Source: Patescibacteria group bacterium (GTDB taxonomy: Bacteria; Patescibacteriota; Patescibacteriia; UBA1558; GWA2-36-10). From it: DNA of 64,000 nt. The DNA lies in contig JBAYIR010000003.1 in the NCBI GenBank assembly GCA_041665505.1, positions 45,363 through 109,362 of the forward strand, in the 5' to 3' direction. Positions 10,240-22,700 of this stretch are shown here, piece by piece. Numbering within the stretch: the first letter of the stretch is position 1; every line of letters begins with the position of its first letter. Made by a program: the position numbers and the translations under genes. The notes under the pieces are model-generated. The model made no database searches. It was not told the origin of the DNA and was given only the letters and a program-made list of their open reading frames with translations.

Positions 10240-11079
10240 TTGTGTTATAATATACACAAGTTAATAAATTGGATGACTGAAAAATTTGACAAAAATAATA
10301 ATCTGCAATCCCTAGATCAAGAAGCTCTAGTTGGCGACAATTATACCGCTAATTTAGACAAAGATAATCAGGCATTATACCCTACGCAAAAGAGCCATAA
10401 ACATCTAAAGTTTTGGTCTTTTTTAATTTTAGTAATTTTTATAATTTTTCTTAGTGGCTATCGTTTTTATAGTAATATTTTTGATCCTCTGAAGTATGAT
10501 GTACCAGATTGGCTAGCCAATCAAATAAGCTCAGAGGAGCAAGCAGCCAAAACCATTGCTGAGCTCAAAGAAAGTGACACTGATCAAGATGGTTTGACAG
10601 ATTATCAAGAAATTTATCAATACTACACTAGTATGTTTTTGCCAGATACTGATAGTGATGGTTTTACTGATGCCGAAGAGGTTAATCTTGGTCAAGATCC
10701 AGTTTGTCCAATTGGCGAGTCTTGTAATTTATTAAGATTGATTACTCCCAATACTAAATTATCTAGTATTATCCAAGATATTAATTTGGATGCTGATTTG
10801 ACTGTTCAAACAGCAGCGGTAGCAGAGTTTAGGAAATTTTTAGAAGCCAATGGTATGGATAAGGCGGAGTTAGACGCTCTGACAGATGAAGATCTTTTGG
10901 CCATTTTTAGGATAGTAGATGAAAGTAACATTTTAGATGGAGACCAGCTTAGTGCCAGTACTACGCCAGGTCAAATTAGGGAATTTTTATTGTTGTTACC
11001 CGGTGTTGATCCAGTAGAAATCAATGCCATGACTGATGAAGAATTAATAATTATTGCTGAGGATTTGATAGCCAAATAA
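10240..11079 (+). CDS. Membrane-anchored protein with thrombospondin type-3-like Ca-binding repeats and a tandem C-terminal repeat
   Basis: TM segment FWSFLILVIFIIFLSGY. Motifs DTDQDGLTDYQE and DTDSDGFTDAEEVNLGQDP. Repeated LTDEDLLAIF / MTDEELIIIA. Confidence 0.55.
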   Translation: MCYNIHKLINWMTEKFDKNNNLQSLDQEALVGDNYTANLDKDNQALYPTQKSHKHLKFWSFLILVIFIIFLSGYRFYSNIFDPLKYDVPDWLANQISSEEQAAKTIAELKESDTDQDGLTDYQEIYQYYTSMFLPDTDSDGFTDAEEVNLGQDPVCPIGESCNLLRLITPNTKLSSIIQDINLDADLTVQTAAVAEFRKFLEANGMDKAELDALTDEDLLAIFRIVDESNILDGDQLSASTTPGQIREFLLLLPGVDPVEINAMTDEELIIIAEDLIAK

Positions 11080-11099
11080 TAAAACAAGTAACATATAGT

Positions 11100-14000
11100 A
11101 TGAATAATTACAAAAAAATTATTTTAACCCTTTTTCTGGCCGGTTTTACTTTAATGGGAGTAGTCACCCCGCGGCCAGCTGATGCCCAATTTGCCGATGT
11201 TATTGGAGGACCAACCACCATCATCAAATATGTCTGGGAGAAAGTAGAAAAGGCTTATGATTTTGTCCAAGGTATAGTGGGAGCAGAACTTTCCAATAGG
11301 ACAGTGGGTATGTTTTTGGATTCCTTGGCTTATGATGTCGCCACTGAATTGGCTACTGGTGGACCAGGAGGTAAACCCCAATTTAGGACAATCTCTATAG
11401 AAAAAACTTTAGATAATGCTAGCCAAAAAGCCCTAGGAACATTTTTGGGAGAGTTGACCTCCAAGGGTTTTGATGAGTTGGGTCTTAATCTTTGTGATCC
11501 TTCTCTAGAATTAAAGTTAACTTTGACTTTAGGATTATTAGATGAAGATTCTCCTTCACCAAATACGCAACGAGGTTGCGAGTGGAGTAGTTTGCAAAAA
11601 AATTGGGCAGATTTTGGTGATAATGTCCAAGCTGATATTATAAAATTTCAATTAAATCCTGTGCAAAGTGGTGTAACTAGTACCTCACAGTATGCTAAGG
11701 GCATGTATTCTAGTATCTCTAATTTTTTCCGTGGTGTAGCTTCTCAGAAGGGCTCAGATTTAGGTATCGCTTTTGAATTGGATGCAGAATTAAATCAAAG
11801 AAAATTAGAAGCCGAAAAAGCTTTGGAATTATCTATTGAAGAGTGCCAAGGTTTTATTGACAAAAAAACAGCTGTGACTCAAGAGGTCATTACTCATTGT
11901 TCAGTTACTCATAGCATGGCAGAAAATTTGTTTGTCAATGCTACAGAAATAGAAGCAGCTAAACAGCTAGCTAGAAAAGAAGCTGCTTCCAATAAAAAAT
12001 TATCTGATATTTTGAAAGATGCTGGTAATAGATTCCTTAATACCTTTACTTCTAAGTTGATGAAAAACTGGATTAAAAAAGGTATGTGGTCTTTATTTGG
12101 TAATACAGAAAATGACATTTATCAGGATTATAGAAATACTTTGATTGATAGGCTAAGAGGTGGATCAGATGTCAGACAGCCTAGGGGAGCAGATATTTTC
12201 AAAGATATTAAAACAGTCAATATTGAGACATTGGAGTCTTTTGATTATTTAAATGACTTTACTATTTGTCCAAATGAATTTAGAAAACCAGACAATTGTG
12301 TCATGAGTCCAGCTTTTTTGACGGCTATAAATAATAAGATGAGCATCAAACAAGCCATTGAACAAGGCATCATTGATGGTCGAATATCTTTTGTTAGCCC
12401 CAATGATGCTATCAATCACACAGTTGATAAATGTTATCGAGATGGGCTTTGTTATTCTAATCTACTCAAATTAAGAAAGGCCAATATGATTCCAGTTGGT
12501 TGGGAGTTGGCTGCTTTGCGGGCTCCAGTATCATTACAGCAAGCGATTGATTGTTTTGAAGAAAATTCCAAGTGTGGTTTTGATCGTTTACCAGAATATG
12601 CAGTGGATGGTAACCCCCACAATCCATTTTATCATTTAGTAGATCCAAATTGGGTCTTAAAAGCACCTGATGTTCGTTGTGACGCTTATTCTTTTTCGGC
12701 TGTTTTGGAATCTCCGGAAAGTAGTAGTCGTCAACAATATTGTGCTGACCCAAAAATATGTTTGCGTGAAGATGCAGATGGTAATTGTTTAGATGACCAA
12801 TTTAATTATTGTACGCGTACTGAAAATAGCTGGAATTTTCAAGGTGATGCTTGCGGTGCGGGTGGAGTTTATGCTGGTTGTTTGACTTTTGCCAATGCGG
12901 ATTTTGGTAATAATTCTTATATTGAAGATAGTCTTGAATATTGTAATTCCAATCAAGCTGGTTGTCGTCGTTATTCTCAAGAAAAAGATGCTAATGGCAA
13001 TTGGGTTTTAGAGTCTATTAGTTCTGATCCTAATGATTTGTTTTTAAATAATCAAGCCACAGAGTGTATTGAAGAAAATGCTGGCTGTAGCGAATATATT
13101 GCTATGGCGGCTGATACAGGGACCAATTTAGTATCAAACGGTAGTTTTGATAATTTGGACGCTGATGTCAGCGCGGCTTTTCCTGATGGTCGGCCAGATG
13201 GTTGGATAAATGATATAACAACATTTGAGGGTGATGGTTATGATTATGATGGTGATTGGCTAGCCAATGGCTATCCTTGGGGTGGAGGAGCTGTTGGTAC
13301 AGAAGGGATTTATCAATTAGTACCTTTGGTGCCAAACACTAGTTATAGAATTACAGCTTCCGCTGCTCGTTATAATCCAGCTGTAGCTTCAGTCGGTAGA
13401 ATATCAATATTATTGTGTGACATTACAGGGGATTGTGGTAATAGTAGTGAATCTAAACCTTTGGCTTTAACTGGTCCAGGGTATTGTACTATACCAAATC
13501 CAGGTGATAACAATCCTAACCTGAATATTAATCCAACAGATGGAGAGATGCTTAAAGCGAGCTGTACATTTACTACTAATGGGGCAGCGATTGGAGAAGC
13601 TCGTTTACATGTGGTCTCTGACGGTACACATATCAGTTGGTTTGATGATATAAAAGTAGAAATGATAAGTGATGCTAGCCAGCATATAGATGGGCAGTAT
13701 TCTGATTATGGTGATGGTAGTCGTATTTATATGGACAATGCGGCAGTAATGTGTTCAGCTGATGAAGTAGGCTGTCAGGGTTATTTACCAGTAAGTGGCG
13801 ATCCGATGATCCCAGCGGTTATTAGTCAAGGTGATTTGTGTCCAGCTGAATGTCTAGGTTATGACACCTTTACTGAACAGCCAAATACATTTGATGTGAT
13901 AGAACATCCTACTCATAATCCTTTGGTTGAATATTATAATTTTATACCTGATACTACACAGCAGTGCCCTGACCAAGAAGTGGGTTGTGAAGAGTTTACT

Positions 14001-17000
14001 AATCTTGATGTGGTAGCTGAAGGTGGGGAAGGCAGAGAATATTTTACTTATCTAAGACAGTGTGTGGAGGAGAGCTTGGGAGAAATTTATTATACTTGGG
14101 AAGGTACAGAAGTGTCTGGTTATCAAATAAAGACTTGGTATGCTTTACCAAGTAGCATTAGCGATGCTCCTTGTACCAACATGGCTCCCGAAGGTAGTGC
14201 TTGTCAGGATACCGCTGCCAATGTAGCATCTTGTGGTCCGGACACAGCTGATATATCAGATGATCCAGAAAACAATCCAAATTGTCGAATGTTTTTTGAT
14301 GTCAATGACGCGGTGCATTATAGATTACAAGACAGAATTATTTTTGCTACTAGTAATTGTCATGATTATCGTCGAGCATTAACCAATCAAGTTTATAAAG
14401 CAGTGCCAGACGAGAGTATTCATTGTGCGGCCGCCAATAATGGTTGTCGGTCTTATTATGGTAATGATGCCAATAATATCCGTCTAGCCACCTCAGACAA
14501 TTTTGAGCAAGGTACTTATGAACCTTGGTTTGGTGTCGGTGGGGGCAGTCTAGTTGATTTGTCTAATATATCTTTGAATAATAATGGTCATTCTCTGAAA
14601 GCAGAAACAGGTGATGTTTTTGCTCGTGATATGAGAGAAGCATCTATACAAGATAATAAAGAGTATGTATTTTCTTGGTGGATGAAAAGTGATGCCTTGA
14701 TAGAAAATCTTTATATGCACATGCAAGGCAACGATAGCGGAGGAGGAGTTTATAATCAAGAATTTATAAATCCAGCCACCGATAGTAATTTTCAAAATAT
14801 TGAAGCCGGACGTTGGCATTATTATGTGACTTCAGTTTATATAGATAATTTGGATGCTTTGGATATGGATTTGATACAAGAACTTGAACTTCAAATCAGG
14901 ACAGAAAGTCCTTTAGCTAATTTGGGCTTGTATATAGATAATTTTATAATCAAAGAAGTAGCTAATAATTTCTCGGTAGTGAGAAATTCTTGGGAGACTC
15001 CAAGATCTTGTGATGATCCTTATAATGGCTATCATTTGGGTTGTCAGGCCTATACAGATCTTAATGGACGAAACTTTAATTTAAAATCATTTGATCATTT
15101 GTGTCGAGAAGAGGCTATTGGTTGTATGCCGGTTATTGGTACAAATAATTCTACTTATCCTTTTACAGAAACTTTCCATAGTGGTGATTATTCACAAATT
15201 ACTGTCGCTACCGATAATATGGCTTACTTGGTGCCAAATCCAAATAACTACTGCCCGCAAGAGTTCAAGGGCTGTACTGAACTTGGTACACCAGATAGAT
15301 TGGATGAGACAAAATTCTCAACAATTTATAAGATAAATGATCCAGATAAATATGCTTCTATATTATGTAGTGCAGAGGGTTTAAATTGTGCAGAGTATGA
15401 TACAGCCAAAGGCATGCTTTATTTTAAAGATCCAGGAGCCAATACCTGTACTTACCAACAAAATACTCTAATTGATAATAGTTTATTATCTGGGTGGTTT
15501 AAAACTAGTAGTTTAGGAGAAGTTGTGCCACTAGGTTGTGCTGATACCGACAATAATACCGATACCAATGGTGATGGTTTCTATGATGTGGAAGAATTGA
15601 TATTACCTAAAGATTATTGTAGCGTTTCAGCTAGCAATCCGACTCAATTACCTTTTTTCACTAGGGACGATTGTGAAAATAATAGTGGTTATTGGAATAA
15701 TTATTTAGCGGCTGCCCAGTGTCCAACTAATGAAAATCTATGTACTTCCTTTAGAGATCCAGCTGATCCCATAAATTGTGATGTTAAAGGTAAAAATTTA
15801 GACGTTGGCGATACTTGTAGCTCTAATTTGTATGATGATAGTGCATCTTGTACGGCAGCTGGTTTTGTCTGGACTATGGAAAGCCGAGATGGTTATTGCT
15901 ATGACGATGACTATAATGATAACGATAGCTATAATAATGAGAGAGACTGTCTAGCCGCTGGCCGTGTTTGGACACCATATTGTCGAGATTACTATTATTA
16001 TGATAATGAAGCTATAGATGAGAGCTCTTGTAATGGTTTAGCAGACAGAAATAATGGTTGTGTATTATTTTTTGATGCTAATAATTGGACAGGCGAACAC
16101 AATCAAGTGCGCACTATATATGATACCAATGAGACTTATGAAGATGTAGAAGTCTCCAATAGACCAGCCAGTCCAGTAGTTTGTGATCCTAGTTTTGACC
16201 CAGCTTGTAAATTGACGGCTAATAAATTAATCAAAGTAGTCAAAGACAGGCAATGTTCAGAATGGCTAGCTTGTAAATCTTCTACTGCTTCTTATGATTC
16301 AAAAACTGATGAGTATAAGATTATTTGTGATGAGTTGGATACTTGTCTAGAATTTCAATATGATCCAGATAGTAATACTACCAAGTGTAAAAAATGGGGT
16401 AGCTATGATGAAGATGTTGAGGCTTTGACTTTTGAGAAATATCAGTCTCGTAATACTGGTCTAAGAGACCATGTTTCCTGGAGTGATAAAGAATATACTG
16501 GATATTCAATACCAAATATGTTGCCAGTTAGTGAATTATCTGTTTATGATTTTGGTCAAGCTACAAACAAAACTACTCGTTTAGTTTACAATGTATCTGA
16601 TAGCGCTGATGCCGAGGGTGTATATTATTCAGGCTGTGTAGATGCAGCTGGAGATGCTATAGATGGGCAAGCTTGCACCGCCGTAATCAACACTGACGGA
16701 GTCTATAATTTTAGAGGTGAATGCCAACAGCGTATTTGTTGGGTCAGTCCAAAAGTCAATGATAATGCCACTACTACCTATGCTATAGAGTCTAGAGCTT
16801 ATGCTATTACTGATGCGCCATTCCCAGCCGCTATTGAATCCAATGGAGTAGATAGATTATCCAAGTACAAGATGGCTAATATTTGTAGTAATAATGCCAC
16901 TAGTCCAAATTCTTGTGAATTATCTTTCAAGCGAGTAACTTTTGGTTTTGGTGGACAAATATTTTATTATCCAGAAGAACTTTCTAGTGGAGAAATACCA

Positions 17001-19769
17001 ACTGGTATTTGTACAGCTGGTGTCACCACTGAGGGAGTAGAAAGAACCACCAAAACTTGTGTAAAAAATTCTGAATGTGATTCTAAAAATGATGATGGCA
17101 GCTCAAGAGGGGACGGTTCTTGTGCTTTGAGGACAGAGGAAATAGTCTTTAGAAATTGGCCAGGTATTTGTTTGGAATATGATTTAGATAATCCAGTGAC
17201 CAAAGATATAGCCAATTCATATTATTGTAATCAATGGTACCCAGCACAAAAAATAAAAGGTACGGCTAGTCTTTTTGATAATTATCGGGATGCTGGCTAT
17301 TATGATGTTTATGGACGGGATGCTTTATTTTGTGCCGTAGCTGAACCTTATGTCACCACTGAAGATAGATTTTATTGTGGTTACTTTACTACTTCTGGTG
17401 AAGCTGGACAGTGTAATGTTTTGATGAAGATACCAGCTGGTTCAAAGATTAATCTAGAAATGGCTTCTCAGTATATTGAATTGTTAGATGAAGGCTCTTG
17501 GTTAGAAGAGGGAGCTGGTTTTTCTATCTGGGCCGCGGCTAACAATAATGTACATAGAGATATTATTTTGCCACCAGGGGGAGGATTTGGAAATAAATTT
17601 AATAGGTTTGAGCATTTTGGTAATGTTTTACCAAACGTTACTGATTTTATGGGTATTATTAATCAGATGTTTGATGCTACCGAAGTTTATGTAATTCCTG
17701 GTAATGTTGCCTCAGGTCGGGTTAATGTGCATCGTTTTTATTATGATGATGATGTTACAGCTGGCGGTTCCACAAGCTACTCTTCATATTTGAATATTTC
17801 TGGAGCTACTACTTATCAGCAATCAGATCAGTGTCAAGATTGTCCAGCTCCAGCTTCTTGTGGTGCAAATGGTCATTTAGTTTATAATACTTGTTGGAAA
17901 AATACTCATTGCGGTTGGCATATGTGGCGTCATACTGGTACTTGGTGTAATCCTTATACTTATAATTATTATGTTGATTTAAATACTAGTGCTAGTGGCC
18001 CCATAGTACCAGAAGTACCAGCACCGGTATATGAAGGTAGTTGTTCGCCAGATTGTAAATTTATCAATAATACTATATTAGATTCCAATCATGGTCGAGG
18101 ATGCTTGCAAGCACCAGCTAATACCTTAGCTTATGAGCCAATGTTAGTAGCTTATGCTAGTTCTACTTTGCCAGGTGATTTTGATTTGGCCGCTTGCTTA
18201 GCTAACGCCACAACAGATCCAGAAGACTGTAATTTTATTAGTTGTGTGCAAAATTTAAATATTGCCAATCAAAATAATAGCCATCTTTGTGCTGATTACG
18301 GCCTTTGTTTGCAAAATACTATGGAAGCAAATGCCCCCTATACTTCTACAACTAGTGCTTGGATGCAGGAAGATATAAATAGATGTTTTTATACTGCTAA
18401 TGGTACTGAATTAGGGCCTTTATCAATGTATGATCCAGCTGAAGAGGAAATTTGTTTAGCACAAAATGAACGTGATTTTACCGACCGTTGGTCAGGCGAA
18501 TTAGATGAGGAGGGTTTAAATGCTTATTGTTCTAAGTGTGTCTATGTCCCTGCCCCAGTGACGCATTCTACTTTAGCTAGCGGAGTTAACTGCGCTTTTG
18601 ATGGTTTAGATTATGATCCTTTAAGATGTTATCAGCAGTGTCGTATAGTCACTCAATTGGATAGTGAAGGACTTTTGTCAGCAGTGCGAACTGATATTTG
18701 GTGGAGAAGTGATAAGACAAATACTAGAGTGCGACCAGCTTTTCCTTGGATCTCTTATTATTGGGCTCCCGGTAGAGGCTATGTGACCAATACACCAGCT
18801 ACTGTTGGTGATGACGAAGTGCTATTTCACAATATTGCTACTTTTCCAGCTCCAGAGGGAGATTATCCAAATAATTTTTCTCATTTTGGAGCCGGTTTAG
18901 ATGTGTTTGATATGGATAGAATAGTGTCTACCAGAGTGCCATATTATAGAGCTAGCCCAGACAATATTACGGCGGCTACTTTCTTTAGTAATTTAGAGGC
19001 ACCGCTGACTTTAGAGCAAGCTTTAGATAGAGCTAAATTGGAAATGCAAGATATATTTTTTAGAGTTTACAATTTGGATTGGGTAGCGGCTAGTAGCTCT
19101 TATGAACATTATGCGGAAGCTGATGTAAATACCAAATTATCTGGTGGCAATCATAGTAATACTTTTGCTGGCCCAGATTATGTGCCACGTATTTTTACTA
19201 CTTGTGGTGATAGACTTTGTGAAACATTGGACGTCGATGGTAATGTCATAGCAGTACAAGAAGGTGTTACAGTCAATGGTGTAACTGGTGGTACTTTGTT
19301 TGGTCAAAATTCTTCTTTATTCACTAGCGCTAAATTTTTCTATCATGCTCATCCAGATCACATGCCAGTTTATAGTATTGATGTAGATTGGGGAGATGGA
19401 GTGGTCAATAATTTTGCACTGAGCCCAGGTAAATATAAGAATTCATTACCAGCTGATTATTGTAATCCAGATTTGGATGTCCCCGGTGATGCCAACCCAG
19501 CTACCGCGGCTAGAGAACCTCAAAAACTTGGTTTTGGTGGGGAAGATGCCACTTGTCAGCCTGGCTATAAGATATTTTATCATGACTATATCTACGATGA
19601 GACTAGAGCCCATGATTGTAATGGTAGTGCTGGTGGTGCGGCTGGTACACCTCCTAAACCAATAATACTAAATGCTTCATGTTATCAACCTCGTGTCAGG
19701 GTGATGGACAATTGGGAATGGTTTAGTATGGAGCCTTTCAATGGTTGGTTGGTTGTTTATGATAGTTAA
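11100..19769 (+). CDS. Giant (2889 aa) secreted cysteine-rich surface protein; possible adhesin or T4SS-associated protein
   Basis: Uninterrupted 8.67-kb ORF. N-terminal signal peptide (MNNYKKIILTLFLAGFTLMGVVTPRPADAQ). Well over 100 Cys in recurring C..C modules. An internal TSP3-like DTDNNTDTNGDGFYD motif. Host-like composition. Confidence 0.8.
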   Translation: MNNYKKIILTLFLAGFTLMGVVTPRPADAQFADVIGGPTTIIKYVWEKVEKAYDFVQGIVGAELSNRTVGMFLDSLAYDVATELATGGPGGKPQFRTISIEKTLDNASQKALGTFLGELTSKGFDELGLNLCDPSLELKLTLTLGLLDEDSPSPNTQRGCEWSSLQKNWADFGDNVQADIIKFQLNPVQSGVTSTSQYAKGMYSSISNFFRGVASQKGSDLGIAFELDAELNQRKLEAEKALELSIEECQGFIDKKTAVTQEVITHCSVTHSMAENLFVNATEIEAAKQLARKEAASNKKLSDILKDAGNRFLNTFTSKLMKNWIKKGMWSLFGNTENDIYQDYRNTLIDRLRGGSDVRQPRGADIFKDIKTVNIETLESFDYLNDFTICPNEFRKPDNCVMSPAFLTAINNKMSIKQAIEQGIIDGRISFVSPNDAINHTVDKCYRDGLCYSNLLKLRKANMIPVGWELAALRAPVSLQQAIDCFEENSKCGFDRLPEYAVDGNPHNPFYHLVDPNWVLKAPDVRCDAYSFSAVLESPESSSRQQYCADPKICLREDADGNCLDDQFNYCTRTENSWNFQGDACGAGGVYAGCLTFANADFGNNSYIEDSLEYCNSNQAGCRRYSQEKDANGNWVLESISSDPNDLFLNNQATECIEENAGCSEYIAMAADTGTNLVSNGSFDNLDADVSAAFPDGRPDGWINDITTFEGDGYDYDGDWLANGYPWGGGAVGTEGIYQLVPLVPNTSYRITASAARYNPAVASVGRISILLCDITGDCGNSSESKPLALTGPGYCTIPNPGDNNPNLNINPTDGEMLKASCTFTTNGAAIGEARLHVVSDGTHISWFDDIKVEMISDASQHIDGQYSDYGDGSRIYMDNAAVMCSADEVGCQGYLPVSGDPMIPAVISQGDLCPAECLGYDTFTEQPNTFDVIEHPTHNPLVEYYNFIPDTTQQCPDQEVGCEEFTNLDVVAEGGEGREYFTYLRQCVEESLGEIYYTWEGTEVSGYQIKTWYALPSSISDAPCTNMAPEGSACQDTAANVASCGPDTADISDDPENNPNCRMFFDVNDAVHYRLQDRIIFATSNCHDYRRALTNQVYKAVPDESIHCAAANNGCRSYYGNDANNIRLATSDNFEQGTYEPWFGVGGGSLVDLSNISLNNNGHSLKAETGDVFARDMREASIQDNKEYVFSWWMKSDALIENLYMHMQGNDSGGGVYNQEFINPATDSNFQNIEAGRWHYYVTSVYIDNLDALDMDLIQELELQIRTESPLANLGLYIDNFIIKEVANNFSVVRNSWETPRSCDDPYNGYHLGCQAYTDLNGRNFNLKSFDHLCREEAIGCMPVIGTNNSTYPFTETFHSGDYSQITVATDNMAYLVPNPNNYCPQEFKGCTELGTPDRLDETKFSTIYKINDPDKYASILCSAEGLNCAEYDTAKGMLYFKDPGANTCTYQQNTLIDNSLLSGWFKTSSLGEVVPLGCADTDNNTDTNGDGFYDVEELILPKDYCSVSASNPTQLPFFTRDDCENNSGYWNNYLAAAQCPTNENLCTSFRDPADPINCDVKGKNLDVGDTCSSNLYDDSASCTAAGFVWTMESRDGYCYDDDYNDNDSYNNERDCLAAGRVWTPYCRDYYYYDNEAIDESSCNGLADRNNGCVLFFDANNWTGEHNQVRTIYDTNETYEDVEVSNRPASPVVCDPSFDPACKLTANKLIKVVKDRQCSEWLACKSSTASYDSKTDEYKIICDELDTCLEFQYDPDSNTTKCKKWGSYDEDVEALTFEKYQSRNTGLRDHVSWSDKEYTGYSIPNMLPVSELSVYDFGQATNKTTRLVYNVSDSADAEGVYYSGCVDAAGDAIDGQACTAVINTDGVYNFRGECQQRICWVSPKVNDNATTTYAIESRAYAITDAPFPAAIESNGVDRLSKYKMANICSNNATSPNSCELSFKRVTFGFGGQIFYYPEELSSGEIPTGICTAGVTTEGVERTTKTCVKNSECDSKNDDGSSRGDGSCALRTEEIVFRNWPGICLEYDLDNPVTKDIANSYYCNQWYPAQKIKGTASLFDNYRDAGYYDVYGRDALFCAVAEPYVTTEDRFYCGYFTTSGEAGQCNVLMKIPAGSKINLEMASQYIELLDEGSWLEEGAGFSIWAAANNNVHRDIILPPGGGFGNKFNRFEHFGNVLPNVTDFMGIINQMFDATEVYVIPGNVASGRVNVHRFYYDDDVTAGGSTSYSSYLNISGATTYQQSDQCQDCPAPASCGANGHLVYNTCWKNTHCGWHMWRHTGTWCNPYTYNYYVDLNTSASGPIVPEVPAPVYEGSCSPDCKFINNTILDSNHGRGCLQAPANTLAYEPMLVAYASSTLPGDFDLAACLANATTDPEDCNFISCVQNLNIANQNNSHLCADYGLCLQNTMEANAPYTSTTSAWMQEDINRCFYTANGTELGPLSMYDPAEEEICLAQNERDFTDRWSGELDEEGLNAYCSKCVYVPAPVTHSTLASGVNCAFDGLDYDPLRCYQQCRIVTQLDSEGLLSAVRTDIWWRSDKTNTRVRPAFPWISYYWAPGRGYVTNTPATVGDDEVLFHNIATFPAPEGDYPNNFSHFGAGLDVFDMDRIVSTRVPYYRASPDNITAATFFSNLEAPLTLEQALDRAKLEMQDIFFRVYNLDWVAASSSYEHYAEADVNTKLSGGNHSNTFAGPDYVPRIFTTCGDRLCETLDVDGNVIAVQEGVTVNGVTGGTLFGQNSSLFTSAKFFYHAHPDHMPVYSIDVDWGDGVVNNFALSPGKYKNSLPADYCNPDLDVPGDANPATAAREPQKLGFGGEDATCQPGYKIFYHDYIYDETRAHDCNGSAGGAAGTPPKPIILNASCYQPRVRVMDNWEWFSMEPFNGWLVVYDS

Positions 19770-19797
19770 TTTATAGATTAATTTTCAGTAAATATAT

Positions 19798-22700
19798 ATG
19801 AAGTTTAAAAATTATAAACTAGTGAGCAAATGGCCATATTTGGCAACAATTTTTGCTTTAATTGTTGTTGTACCAATGAAAATTTCAGCCATATCTCCCT
19901 TGGTCAAACTCTTGGTTCAACCAATTTGGAATTTCTTTGTCTGGCCACTGACTTGGACCATTCAATTGGAGATGGAGCTTTTGCGTTTGGTAGCTAGGTA
20001 TAATAATTTTACTAACGAAGGAGGAGTAATGCTTGGTTGGATAGCACTTAGAGATTTATCCAATATGTTTTTTATTCTGATATTACTAGTTATTGCTTTT
20101 GCTACCATACTGAGAATTTCCAATTATGGTTACCAACAACTTTTGAAGAAAACTTTTATTATTGCTATTTTGATAAATTTTTCCAAGACCATTGTCGGTT
20201 TTATGATTGATGTGGTTCAAGTAGTGATGTTGACTTTTATCTCAGCTATAGATGAAGTGATGGCTGGGGGAGTAGTAGTAGCTATTGGTTTACATAAATT
20301 AACTCAAATTCAATTACCGGGAGACGGTGTACCGATGGAGGATTATGTTTTAGCTTTGGTTATGGGGGCAGTTTTTTTGGCTATTTTGGTGGTAGTGATG
20401 GGAGTGATGGTGATGATGCTAATGATGAGGATTGTGGCTTTGTGGGTAGCCATTGTTTTGGCTCCCTTGGCTTTTGTGGCTAGCATTTTTCCAGCTACCA
20501 AGTCTTTTTATTCTAGATGGATAAAAGAACTAGGCACCAATTTGGTAACTGGTCCGATGTTGGCGTTTTTTATGTGGCTGACTTTTACTATTGTCGGAAA
20601 TGGTGAGGCCTATCGTACTTTTTTAAATGATAATCCATCCATGCCAGGGCCAACAGAATTTTTGGGTACAGCCAATATGGTCAATTATGTAGTGGCTATT
20701 TCTTTGCTACTAATGGGTATCAAGATGGCTTCGGCTTCTGGAGCAGCAGGAGCTAGTTTTGCCGCCAAAGGCATGGGTATGATCAATAATACGGCTAGTA
20801 AATTGGCTAGGCGTTATCCAATGGCTGTTGGTAAGAGATTAGCTAACTGGGCTGCCGGCGGGGTGGTAGATAAAGATGGCAAGGCTAGGCCTTTATTACA
20901 GATGGGTGCAAATAGAATTATTAATAGTCGTTTGGGTAAAAGAATGAATTTAACTGAACGTGCTACAGATTTTAGTGAACGAGCGGATAGTTTACGGGCT
21001 TCAAATAATATATTGGCTCAGGCAGCTGGTAGAACTATGACTGGAGCAAGGGATTTCCAATGGAATAGAATTCCATTTTATGGTGGCAGAGTTCAACGTG
21101 GAGCTATGAAGGCTCAAGGTAAATATAGTGCTATGGTTGATGAATTTCAAGCTGAAGATGAGAAATTTATTAATCCAAAACAAAGAGAACAATTTGAAGC
21201 ATCTCAAGATAATGTTAAAGGCGGACCAAAATTTTTGTCCAGAGTGCCAATATTAAATCGGTCCAGACGTTTACGAGAGCTAGGTTTGGGTGATGCGGCT
21301 GGCAATGTTACTTCTTTAGGTGGAAATGCTGATAGGCGGGTGATGCAATCTAAAACTAAATTAGATAGAGGTGATATAGCAGATCAGGCAGAGGCAGATT
21401 TTGTTGCTGAAAATTTAGAAAGAGTTAATGATCAGTCAAGACTTGATAAATTGCATAAACAATGGGGTAGTACTTATAGGGATAAGGCAGATGTTGATAA
21501 GGATATAAATCAAGATGGTATTCAATCATTACTACGTGATCAAAAAGCTGATGCAGCTATTGATCCAGAGACTGGCTTGCCATATGAAGGAAGTAGATTA
21601 TTAATAGAAGGAGCTTTTCGTGATACTGACTCCGTAGGTTTGGATATTGGTAAAGCAATTTTATCAAAATTTAAAACAGCTAGAGTAGCCTGGTCAAAAG
21701 CTTTGGCACATGTTGCTCAAACTATGGGACACACCATGGAGCGAACAGAAGAGAATTTAAAAAATTATGGCACAGTGGCTGCTACAGAAATAAACCCAGC
21801 TACTGGCATGAGGGAAATTGGTTTTAATAATAAAAGTGTAGTAGAATTAAATGCTTATCATCCTATGGTTAAAGCTGTAGGATCAACTACTCAAGTTTAT
21901 CCTCAACAGGCAGTCAATCCATATAATGAGGCTATGGACCATCTAGAGCAAGGGGTAATTGATGGTTTTTATAATTTTGATGCCGCGTCTATAAATTATT
22001 TAAAACAAAGGTCTAAAGAGCCTGATAAGGATTTTGAAGTTAGAAAAAAAGCGGCTACAGATTCTTGGGAGCAAAATACAGCTTCTTTTGAGGCTGGGCA
22101 TATTACTGCAGAAGAGATGTATAAACACAGACGTCAAACCCTTGGTGTTTATACACCAGAGGAGATAGAAACTGAAGCTGCACCAATTAGAGCTAGAATG
22201 CAAAATTTAGAGGCCGGTCGAGCTAGTGGTAGTATTAGTGAAGAGCAATATAATGATGATTTAGAAATAGAGAAAAAAGCTTTGAAAGACTTATATGATT
22301 CTCCTATAGCACGTATAGCTGGAAATTCAGATGATATTGAATTAGCTATGCAAATTAGTAGCCGTTTGCCAGATAAACCAATTAGAGGCACAGCTCAATT
22401 AGAAAAGGTTGAAGATGCAGAAATTGAAGAAAAGACTAAGAAAAAGGTATCAGAAATATCCGAAACAGAGATAACTAAGAGAGTGAAAGCTAGCGGACAA
22501 ACATTCACTGATCCTGTAAATGAGAAACAGGCCAGAGCACGAGTCCGTCAGGATATGGAAGAAGAGATAAGAGGAAAAACACGTGATAGTTTGGTTCAAG
22601 AAAAAGGCACTAAGAGAGATGAAGAGCAAAAAAAGATAGATGATAAATATAATAAAGATTTAGCTAATTATAATACTGAAAGAGATGCTCTGAGACGCAC